Assembly: GCF_964194025.1 (NCBI RefSeq)
Contig: NC_134468.1
Location: forward strand, 75,206,001-75,270,000
Reading direction: 5' to 3'
Origin: Convolutriloba macropyga
Lineage: Eukaryota
Length of the DNA: 64,000 bases
Shown: piece by piece, positions 38,101-49,700 of the stretch
How positions within the stretch are numbered: position 1 is the first letter of the stretch
Layout of the letters: each line of letters begins with the position of its first letter
Program-made: the position numbers and the translations under genes
Notes under the pieces: model-generated
Told to the model about the DNA's origin: nothing
Database searches by the model: none
The model's input: the letters and a program-made list of their open reading frames with translations, nothing else

Positions 38101-38849
38101 AATTGTTTTTTATTTGAATTGTTTTAATTTTTTGATGTGACTAGTTCGGATGTATTTAAAGTTTTCAATCACCAAAAGCAAAGTTCAGAACAAACGATGC
38201 ATCAGTTAGAACTTCTGAGAAGAAATATGTTGTGGGAAAGAGGGCTTCAAATTATAGTGATTCTAAGGATACAGATGAGAAAATAATTGTTTTACCATCA
38301 ATTGTGTACAACATTAGAAATAAAAAGATTCGTCATTCTTAATTAATAGAAGAGAGAGATTTTATGACCATTTAGCAAACTTGTCCAAATATTAAGACAG
38401 GCCGTTTTAAATGGCCGTGATAACAATGTCAATACATTGCAATTTTTAAACTGCCAAAATCAACATCGAGTTCGACATAGACGGTGGAAAAACGAAATCG
38501 TCAGCAAATTGAATGGTACGCAAAAATGTATGAAAGGGTCTTCAATTCTGCATTTTGTTGATTCAATCTTTCAATTTCTACTGAATTGCAAAACGACTTG
38601 ACCACATTTAGACTACAATTAAATCAAGCTTTTGTTCGGCTGTGTGTTTTTTTCACACATGACTAAGACTGAAAGAGAAAACAACTGAGTGTTTGTTTCT
38701 CTCTAATTGAAAGTTATGTGGTGGATGCTAAGAAATTAACAGATTCCTATACCAAGATTCTTCGTCAAATGTTCGTTTTCTACAAATAATCTATGGAAAA
38801 AATGAAAAAAGGAATAAATTCTTAGACGAAAAACAAAGATTTTTTTGTT

Positions 38850-40270
38850 TTTCAAAGAAACTACCAGGCGCAAATTTTGAAAAAAACTTAAATTGTGCTA
38901 GAATTTTTTTATGATCTACATTTCGGGAGCAAGATGAGCAACAAGTATTTCATGATACTCAACGCTTGTACACCAATTTACCGCTAGGGGAGGCAACTGA
39001 ATTTTCTCTTATAGACCTGAATTCTAGTGACAAGGTGCCAGAGCTTAAAATATCGGATATGAAGGTTTTTTGAGACTAATCTGAACAAAAATTCCATTCT
39101 AGTTTAATAAAATGCGATGAATATTTGCAGGCGGCGTAGCTATCGGCGCTTCGTCGAACAGACTTCTATCATATTTTTCAATTATATCTTTTGAAAATTC
39201 TTTGGCAAATCCAGATGAGGGAGGGAGTAACAAAACTGCCAACATGGAGGTAAGGTGCCTTGATTGTAACTTAAGCGACAGTTTCTGGGAGTCAAGTGCA
39301 GGTCAGAAAACTGTGCAGATCTGTTCCTTCTCTGCAGAAGAAGGTACACCACAAGACACACAAAATTATTGCTTAAGAGGTGTGTGGATGACATAGCGTG
39401 CACTGTTAACGGGAATCCTTTAAAAAATCATATAATGAGCTATTTCATTTCAAAAAACTTAACAATTCATTCTTTATATAACCAACGGGATTGCGAATCT
39501 AGAAATCTTAGATCTGAACATAAACGTGAACTGCGACAGAAAAACTAGCTCTCAACGGTATCAAAAGTCAAATACTGCTGGCGAACTTTTGAGATTTCGT
39601 AGCTCTGCACAACATTAGTAGCGGTACTTATTTGTAGCGTTACAACATTGCAAAAACAAGATCCAAGAGACAATACAACAGATTTTTAATGTGATTTGAA
39701 ATCTTCTGATGGATCTCATATTAAAATCGTACAGATCTGGACAAAAATATAGTATCAAATTGAGTGGTCATCCGCTTTCGTTAATGAGAGGTTGAACAAA
39801 AAAGTACAAAAGAAGTTGACAGAACGACATCCCGAGAGGGAGCAGCAACTCAACACGAATTCGAACATAAATGTGCATAAAAGTTTTTTTTGTTTAAAAC
39901 AGTGAAAAAATTTCCTTAAATTCAGCTAATGGGCTAAAAACTGTGTGTTAGTCAAATCTCTTCCCCGACAAGCAATTCATGAAAAAGTTTGCATGTAATG
40001 GGTGCATTTCTATCTTTGTTGGCAAAACGAGCCAATCTGTTACAACTAGTGTTTAGTGTTTCAGACTATCAAAAGACAGTCTCGCGGGTGCGGCAACACC
40101 TCAACTTCACTGAATGTTGTAATAAAGCGCCAGATTTTGATTAGAAGATAATCAATGCATGTTGAGGTCTTCAAAAATTGATGAAAATTGAGGCAATCTA
40201 CATCAAAAAGATAAAATCGCAATTAAATACGCGCGATGGTTACCGAGGCTGGATTTCTCATGAAATTTTA
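38850..40270 (+). mobile_element. Penelope-like element remnant (RT + GIY-YIG endonuclease)
   Basis: HDTQRLYTNLPLGEA (DVxSLYTNVP-like), GVAIGAS, KRCVDDI, LEILDLNINV (FLD-like), RYQKS, FACNGCISIFVGKT (CxxC-YVGxT), KLMKIEAIYIKKIKSQLNTRD. Confidence 0.85.
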
Positions 40271-40809
40271 GTTCGAACACAAATATTGATTTGAAAAAAT
40301 TAAAATTCATTCTGGTACATATCAATTCAAAATTTCATCAAGCACATCATCTGAAGGATAACACAGATTAATACTGAGGGTAACGAGTGTTTGTAGGAAA
40401 ATGAAAACAGAATACTCGGGAATTTGAAAAACTCCGGACGAAGAGTGATAAATTTAGGGTGCATTGAATGAAAAAAAAGTTAAATGTGAAGCTAACTGTA
40501 AATAATTCTAAAACTTTTTGTCATTTTAAATCTTTTTCTAGGAGTAGATGGAGTTCAATTAAAAGAAAGCCCCTCCACTTTTAGGGTAATTGGTCAACTT
40601 GTGGAGAGCAATCAACTCCTATGTATAATAATAAGTACGGACAGTTGTCAAAAACTAATAAAACGGATGCAAATTTTATTAAAAATCAGGCATCTGAGTT
40701 ATAATCGAAATAGGTATGATTAATAGCAATCAAATACAATGTGTACTGATTTTAAATCAAGTTGAAAAAAATGCAATGTTTTGAAACGACAGCTCACCCC
40801 CTCTATAAA

Positions 40810-42350
40810 GCTTTATATTGATGCTTTTGCTGTAGGGCTCCGAGGTATGGAGTGTGCGCCATGGAGGCAGAGAATGGAGCTACGAAAAAATAACGTTTTT
40901 GTCTTTATGTTATTGATTACGTCCGATTATGAGTTTTCCTTCTTATCGCTGATCCTGAAACACAATTTTTTCATGGCTGCACTTCTGCAAAAAAGAAGAT
41001 TAATGGACAGAAGTGGCCTTTCTCGACTTCGATTATCATTTGCTCCTGTTTCAGCTTCTTGATGAAATCGTGATATTTGTAGAAATCCAGTATGCTTCTC
41101 GTGCAACTCTAAGCATTCGGATTAAAGAATTTTTTATATCAAAGAAAGTTCTGCTGGAATGGAATCAATGAAGCTATCAGCTCTGTTATCTTGTCGAGCG
41201 TCGTCATCAAATGTGGAATTTCTATTTGCGAAGGTTTCATCTTGCAAAGTCTGAAGTCAAGGCTCCACTTCGCCATTATCCGAGGCTTAATCAACAAGTT
41301 CACACTGGAATTACGGATGTCAGTGTGTTAAAATTGCGTAAAGCCACGTTTTCGACAATGAACAAAATGCGTTAATTTGAAAGTTTGTTCACATTTGCAT
41401 GTTGGTGGCAGTTTCACAGGTTGCCATTCTTATCTATTGGCACTTCCATCTCTATACTCTCTTCTGGGTAAATCAAAATGATATATTTTCAAAGGAAGTG
41501 CGTTTAGGCAGCATAATGCTCCTTTTTCTATATTCAAATCTATAGGAAATGCATTTTTTTTATTGGTTTGATCTTTGATCGCAAACGCCTTGGCTCGAGC
41601 CTGTTCCTAATCGTTCCTGTTTTCGGATTGTTTTTTTCCTGATCAAATTCTGCAACTACAGGGTCATCATTCTGTAACAGCTAACAAATCAGAATACATC
41701 TTTCTTTGTCCTGTCTTCAGACGGAAGAATGCATAGAAAACTGCCTGTCTTTAACCGGAAGAGAAAAAACGCGAGAAATTTTTCAATGTAGGAGAGATGG
41801 TTCAACATTGAAGGGATAAGATAAAACCGCAATTTTTTTCGGCTTTTCTCAGCTGAATGTGCGAGTTTGGGGTAGTTCCAGCAATAAAAGTCAATTACTG
41901 TTGCAGTGCGTGTGTAAATGATTTGTACATATTCTGACGTCACACCTTACTATGTTGGGCGAGTTTCTTAAGCATGTTAGAGTAGTTCGTTGACTTTTCT
42001 TTCATAAAATTGTTGGAGAATCAATTTTATCCGAACCAATAACGAATCAGAACACGATGACCTTCGATAACATCAACATCTAATCCAGAAAAAAATCGCC
42101 TTCTGAATAAACTCCGTTTTGATCACAAGGTGATGACGGCGATCACATTATAACCAAATGAACTGCCATTTTCATTGAGCTTATCTAGCATAGCACAAGC
42201 CGTAATCGTTCAAGGCTATCGGCCTTATTACCGTCATCTGAGTACCATTCATTTCTGAGTTATAAACCATTTTATACACTTTGTAAACTATTTTATCCGA
42301 TAGTGAATCAATCTTTTGTAAAGCTCACGATGAACGCAATGTTCAAAAAC
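40810..42350 (-). mobile_element. CRE-clade non-LTR retrotransposon 3' remnant (zinc knuckle + restriction-like endonuclease)
   Basis: Minus-strand frames give EKGALCCLNALPL..YHFDLPRREYRDG, KLPPTCKCEQTFKLTHFVHCRKRGF..HTDIRN, EVEP*LQTLQDETF..DDDARQD, RTFFDIK, EVEKGHFCPLIF, RSSILCLHGA. Confidence 0.82.
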
Positions 42351-43040
42351 ATTAGTTTTAAATCAAATTAATTTTAATTAACGCTTCCTTTTTCTCGCAG
42401 CTTATCCGAGTATTTAGATAGGGCTCTCAGGCATTGTTTGTCAGAACAGAAAGCACTGAAATTGAGCTCACGCAAACCAACTCTGGATATTAGACAGCAG
42501 GATAATCTCCTAAATGGAAAGACTTAACGAAACTAAAACTACTACCCTAATCATTTTATTTGGAATTACACGGCCTAGTGGTGATTGTAGACCTGCTTAA
42601 AGGAAAAGATATCCGTCTGCCATTTAGACCACCGAATGCAGTAACAGACGTTGAAATTAGCTCATAGCAACTGAAAAATTGCAAACAAAAAAGGCAGATA
42701 AAAAATTGGGGGTAAGACCCAGTAAACTAATCAATATAAACAGAAAATGTAGTTATATTAATCTTGAGGAAATTGATAAAACTTTTCCAACAATTTTACT
42801 GGAATTGCTTTTCTAACAAATATTTACTGTTGCTGGATAATACTGGCAATAGCAACCCTGTTCCGAAACTCTACTGAGCCTTGAAGTGATTTGTGCGAAT
42901 TCTTGTGATTTTCCACTAAGGCATAATCTCTCTCTATCGATAATTATTTTCAACCTTCAAAATAGTTATGTTTTAATACAGCGTTATAATGTTGATGCGT
43001 GATTCGAGTAAAATGAATGAATTTATTTCAGGCTGTAGAA

Positions 43041-43146
43041 ATGTCTTCTGGGGTTGCCGCAAAAAGACCGGAACAAGCGCGGTATGTTCCCCCGGCAGCC
43101 AGAAGAGGCGAGCAAATTTCACCACGTTTCGAAACTGTTCAGGATG
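43041..43146 (+). CDS. SMG6: SMG6 first coding exon (MSSGVAAKRPEQARYVPPAARR...; EJC-binding-motif-like)
   Basis: Acceptor tttcag ends at 43031, ATG at 43041, donor G|GTGAGC at 43147 (phase 1), matching the phase-1 acceptor at 46845. Confidence 0.75.
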
Positions 43147-46100
43147 GTGAGCAGTCTGATAGCGTATTAGCACTTTTGATTTACAATGTGTTAAAGTGTA
43201 TCATCATCAATTAATGTGATATTTTTGTCAATTATTTTTTTGGGATGTATTCCGTCTGTGACCCCTGCATAGTTGCCGTGTATTATAGCACGTTTAACAA
43301 TGGAACATATCCATTTATATAATAATAACACAAGATTTAGGGAATATCCAAGGGAAGTTTTAAAGTTCCCAAATCAAATTCAAATAATGAGAATTCAGTG
43401 TTTCTAATGTTCTGCCTTCTTAGAAATTTCAATTGATAATTTGTTTTTTATTCATGTAAAACTATTCGCTGTCAGAAAAAATATCTCACCAGCAGATTTC
43501 CAATCATTAGCTACGATAGTCGTGTAGGTGAGAGGCACAAAAAACTCGAAAACTTTGAAACTAATTGTGGTTAAGAAATGTGTCGTGATTTCTATTAAAG
43601 GTAATGCCGGAGAGTTCATTTCAGGCAAAATTCCACTCAGTGTCTTGTTATGTTGGATTTTTTCGATCTGATTTTACATCTGAAGCCGGGTATAATGGAT
43701 TTGCGTGCTTTTTCTCAATAGTATTAGCTGTGTGCTTTTGCGTAGTAATCGGTGATGCTTCAAAATAATCTCATGCAAAGTTTGCGCCAAATATTTTATT
43801 GTCCCATTGCTTCTCTACTTATGCTATTCTTCGTACTGGATTGACTTCTGGTTAATAGCAACCGTAGAAGCTCTGAACTTTAATAGCCTCTAATTATATG
43901 GCTTACCGAAACTGATAAGGAGGCATAAATTTGGTTACATTTATTTCTTTATATTGTATTTTGATATCAACGTGTTTAGTAGTTTAGCGAGTTGAAAAAC
44001 CTGACATTTTATCATATTACAGAGATTTTTTTTGTTTTATCATATTTTTATAATCTCGCAGAACTGCTTCACATGCTGATCAAGCTGCCCTTTTCTATAA
44101 AATGGAGGAGGCAGTTCCAAACAAATCCAATTATAGTAATTTGTGTTAACTATGGTGGATTTATGTTTGATTGAAGTCTATGAGAATAGTGAGGCTTTCT
44201 TAAATGTTCATATACACACCAGACTTAAGATTAGCGGATTACTTCATTTTTTATTTGTCTTTTTTATCTGTGAGCTGTTTAATTCCTCTGAAACGAAGTT
44301 TGTAGCAATTGTATTTTTGTTGGTCTTTTTGAATGCGGTTTGTCGTACTACCGACTTATCGTCTGATGATTTTTCCCTGCGCTCTACGAACCCCATCATA
44401 CTGACAAAGCCAGTCGTCTGAGAGCAGTTCAACAAAAGTCGGTTATGTTTTTAGACTGCTTTTTCGAAATTTTGCAAATCTAAAAAGACGACTCCCTGTG
44501 CGGCACAGAAGGTTCCAACATAGTTCTCGAGTTTGACAAAAATTTTCTTTTATTCTGATTTAGAAGTTTCGTTTTCTATTTCAACTTTGAGTACGACCTT
44601 TTCATTTTTCAAACATGGAATTTTTCAGAACCCTCCTTTTAGTAGTTTTAACAGAAGAAAAAACAATTAAGTTGTCAAATTTTTTGCAACGATAAATGAT
44701 CTTCACTAATTTTTTAAGCTCAAACTTAGCTCCAATTGAAAGTTATACGTAAATGAATTGCAAAATTGGAATGAAGTTCCGTATGTGAATATTGTGGACT
44801 TTGGGCAAGGTGTTTTTTGTATTAATTCAACCTATATCCGCAAGTTTTGAATCTTACAATTTAAAACGAACCAGAAAAGATGTTCTTAAAGTTTACGTTA
44901 CAAATAAAAAAGTATTTTTTAAATGTGTTTTTCACGATGAAAAACTGACAACTTTTGTATATCAATTAACTCAAGGGATTAACCTTGATTCTAGTGTATG
45001 CTGATTTCATCTTTCAATGACTTTTGGAACATTTAAAGATATTTTCAGTTCAAAAGTCAAGCAGGAATGAGATGAGAAGGAAGCAGTGTTAAAAAACATA
45101 ACTTTTTCTTTGTTTTTCAACCTATTTTTTTCTGCTGTTTTCAAAATTTCCAGATTGGTCGAATGGAGCCAATATTTGCTTCGTCAAACAAAACCCTAAA
45201 TTACCTTGAGGGCATTTTTCTAGAAAGTATTTTACAGCAAAAAAAGGAAAACTTATTTCTGATTCACTAAAAAATTTTACATTATTTGAAATAAGATTGA
45301 TATTTCCAAAGAGTTCCTTATTTGACTCGTTTGTTCCTCAATAAAGGCAAAAAGAACCAGCGGCTGTTTCACATCTTCATTTATACAGATTTAGCAGTCG
45401 ATTGTAACCCATCGCGAGAGTAAATCAAAATACTTTTGAAAAATTCAATCTCTTTGAGTTTTATTGAATAATCATCAAGTATATCAACAGAAAATAGTAA
45501 AAGGAGCGTTTATGCTCGCAAGAAGTGTTTTTGTTGTTCCACACTCAAGCCACCCAGTTTTGTTCAACTCTGTGACAATAATACCTCCGTTGGACACGAA
45601 TACAAAAAGTTCTCTAATTTGTACGCGAAATTGTGGGTTCAGGAAGCCAGCGAGTTCGGCACAAAACTGAACGAAGTATTTCAGTTTCGTTTTGTCTTGC
45701 TCCCTAGAGAAATTGCTTCTTTTTTGTACATCAGGAGTATCCCAGTTGTTGATTGGATTCAGTTTCAAGCAAATTGGTTAAAGAAAATACATATGAAGTA
45801 CCGCAATTTACAAATAATACCTTCAATTTTCAATTAATTTTTCAATTAATAGACTTCAAATGAAAACAGGAAGAAACTAAAAAAATTCTTATTGTGATTT
45901 GTAAATTTGTTAATTGTTAAGTCTCTTTGGGTTTTTACCGTTTCCATGTTTTTGGGACATGGTTACATCGAAACTATCAATTCACTATCCAATGAAATGC
46001 GACAAAAACACGAAATAACCAAAAATAGCTGAAAAAAGTTTGCAAAATAGCTGACAAACCTCAAAAATACTCGGATTGTCAATAAATCCTATCTGAACGT

Positions 46101-46751
46101 TAAATTATTATTACAGGCTTTTGAATAATTTAGTATATTAACAGTTTTAGAAATTATTTATGTTAATTCAGTACCCCTCCCACCAAATTTTTTCCCCTTT
46201 GCGGTTCAATTTTTAAGTTGCTCCCCTTTCTCAACATGCGATAAAATTTTGAGATTTTTAAAATTAAAAAAGTAGCCTTTAAGGGCTACAAAGTGATATT
46301 TAATTGTTCTCGAACGAAGTTTGAGGAAATTATTCTAAACGGGTGGCTCTTTTTAAGCAAAATTTTTGCTTGATCATTTTTGCGCTTTTCTTGTGACTTT
46401 TCGAATGACGTTTTCAAGGTTCTCTCCTTCATTTTCAGTGATTGCAATTGCTGTCATTCTGAAATGAAGTTTGTGGCCAATATAAGAGGGTTCTTACAGT
46501 TGAATAACAACGCGGTTGTAGCTTTTTGATAAAGATGTCTGACTGCTATCCTGGAGGTTGCTGGTTAGAACCCCTATCAGGTAAGTTTTTGAACCCTAAA
46601 AATTTTGAAGCTGTCGGTCGAGAGCAATGTCCGCCTGTCGTTCGCACTTCATCCGATGTTAGTCTGTTTGTTTCTCTTTTTTCGCTAAGATGCGTAAACA
46701 AAAAGTGAAAAATTGACTGAAGAAGAAAAAGCCGGCCTTGCATATATATAG

Positions 46752-46799
<48 letters not shown>

Positions 46800-49700
46800 C
46801 CCATTTTAAAGAAAAATGTTGGAACAATAACTCTTTTTGCTTAGCTGAACCATCTACAACACGACGAGTCAGTGCGAAACCATTGAAAGAACGTCAAGCT
46901 GTACGCAATGATAGTCATAGAGGTATCCATTCAAATCGAGCTGAGTCTAACACGAAGCAGAGGGCATCCGAGGGACTGAATGATCGTGTTCAGTCGGGCA
47001 ATCAAAGGGTGGATGCAGCCAATGATCCTAACAACACCAGCGCTAGAAGACCCGATAAAGCTGTGCGTGACAATCGAGGTGAAAGACAATATAACGAGAA
47101 TAGGGGGGCCACACATATTGAAGGGAATTATTACGATTACGGTGGCTATCAGGGACACAGATCGGAACCTGGAAGGAAACCGCGTCGCAATGAAGACGAG
47201 CAACGTGAGAGAACAGGTGGTGGCAGGTATGGTGCTAAGCATGCACCGAATAAACCGGGAGAAAATAAGCCTAGCAGCCGCTATTATACGAAAGATTATC
47301 TGGAAAAGTCTCATTCTGGCGAGTTTCCAACCTCTGATTTAGAAAGCGTCAATGCAAGTAGTTCTGTATTAAAAGACGTTTCACCAACTGCAGAAGGCGT
47401 GAAGATTGAGCCTATGGATAAACCCTCAGCTTCCGAAAAGAAACATAGTATGGAAGCGAGTTCTCGAGTTGACGAACCAGAATTTGATTGTGAGGTCAAA
47501 ACTACCCGAAGAGTCAGATCTAATAACGCGGAATCCAGTAAATCAAGCGCCAATCACAAAACTTGGGAGTTTACTCCCACAAATCGTCAACTGCATTTAG
47601 ACACTGATTTGTCGGCTCAGGACATAGCCAAGTACATTGGACCCCAGAAATCAGCTGGTAATGACAATGAGCCTGAAATGTCGGCTCCAACTGCCAGACG
47701 CGTAAAAGCAACAAGACCTCAAACTTTGCATCAAACAGAGGCAACAAGTCAACAAATGTTAACTGAATCAGAGAGTCAGTACGGAGAAATGACGAACAAA
47801 ACTAGAAGAGTTAATAAAAAACCAACTAACTATGCTTCTAAAGAAATGAGTGATGATGCCCTGAAACTTGAGATGCAACGCGAGAATCCAAAAAATCGAA
47901 CTCTGTATGATCCCGCAAACCCTGCAAGCTCAGCTATTACTTCTGCTGCTGTGAGGCCTAAACAGTCTCCAAAAAGCTCTCCAATAAAAATATCAGATCC
48001 TCCCCAACAAAAATCGCTTCCAAAACTTCCTACCGAACTGCCCCAAGACTTATACGAACGGACTGCAGTGAGTAGCAGGCCTGATGCTAAGGACAGTTTT
48101 AGGCAACCTCCCCCAGGCCGAGCTCTGTATGACCCTCGCAGTAATGTTCCTGTATGCAACACAGTAGCGTCTAGTTCTTTTAGCAGCACAAGTAGTGCTC
48201 AAAATCAGTTTCCGGGCAACTTTTTTAGCGCTCCGGTTATGGGCAGCAATCAACCTAAGCCCACTGCACAAGTCCAACCAATTCCATCTAATAACACTCC
48301 ACCACCAGTCCAAACAACGTATAGCAACATGGATCCCATTTCGTCAGCTGCGCAACAATCGGCACCCAATCAACAACAGCAGCAGTTTTTAGACTACAAC
48401 AATTTTGTGCAAATAATGCAGATGAATGGTATAACCACAGACCTAGCGAGCGCTTCACCCAATATCGTGGCTCTTTTCGGTCAATTTATGAAATGCATTA
48501 ATGACTTGCAGAGAGGTGGACAATCAACAAACACGCCCGCTCCGTTAATGGGTAATGAGTACAATGACTTCCTGCAGTTCCTGAATGGCGGACAACCTCA
48601 AATTTCTCGGCAGATGCCAATTCCTAATTGGAGTATGCCCATTGGCCAGGTTCCCAGCAGCCAATCAGGTTCTTCGTTCCCCTTTCAGATGCCACCTGCA
48701 GCACAGACCAGGGTCTTCCAAAACCAGATAGCTCCAGTTACAAGTACAACGGCCGCATCGCAGTACCAGATGCCAGTTAATCAAAATTTTCAATTAAATC
48801 AATCAGTTGCGGATAACTCCATGGAGCAGAGGTATAGCAGTGCTGCGTATCCTATGATGGCTAATCATGGGCAGGCTGATTGGAGGCAAAGTGAAGCTGC
48901 AATGAATGCCTTTTCTAGAACCATGCCAGAAAACATCGCGACAGTGCATCCGACATCTAGAAGTGGTCAAAATAGTAATTATGGCGAGTCGAACAGCGTG
49001 ACTGGACAGTACACACAGAATACTTCTAACACGAACGCTACCAGACGAGGGAATATGGAATTAAAGCTGGAAATTTTCCCGAATAGAGTAAGTTTACCTA
49101 TTGGCACAAAAAAGAACATTGAATTAATGGAATATTGATTTTGTAACATTGGAAGCTCTAGTTCTTTTGCAATGAAGTTTGTTTCCTTTATGGAAGAGCT
49201 AAGCTATTTACTCAGCTAATCTGAATTGCAGTATTTAAGACATGTCCACAGAGTAATTTGCTTGCTTTTTAGCAAAATTTTGTCTTGTTAAAGACTATAG
49301 CTGTCGTTAAGTTAAATTTTTGCTATGCTCTCGAACGAGTTTTTGGAAGTAGTGAATTTTTGTTCGCGCTATGTTTGAACTCATTTGGTGCAATATTGGC
49401 AGCGCTCTGTTTCTGACTGAGCTCTTGGTTTCACAATATTTCACAATACCTAGGGCTCAATAAGACCTCGACAAAACCCGATAAATGTATTTTTTATTTC
49501 TTTTAATTATATCTAATGTCACTCCAATAATTTCAAATAAATTTCACTTAACTCCTCTTTTCAGCCTCAACAGGTGCAGCCGCAGTCGACCAACAGTACC
49601 TCTCCGAGCCCAACATGGACCGGCAGGGACACAAACGACCACTTAAGTGCGGAGCTTCAAAAGAGAATTGGCGATATGACTAGGAAAGGAAACATTGATC

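Noticed and set aside
40345-40410. Hammerhead ribozyme downstream of the Penelope ORF
   Set aside because: Only degenerate CTGAAGG/CTGAGGG...GAAA pieces; no intact CTGANGA core or convincing stems.
46511-46585. Functional tRNA gene
   Set aside because: A and B boxes are mutated and no acceptor stem pairing is evident; treated as a SINE head.
46754-46844. MYIYIYIY... N-terminus of the 794-aa ORF
   Set aside because: It is the (TA)n microsatellite in an intron; the exon starts at the acceptor at 46845.
46931-48392. Overlapping alternative-frame and antisense ORFs within the large SMG6 exon
   Set aside because: Shadow ORFs of a real coding exon.
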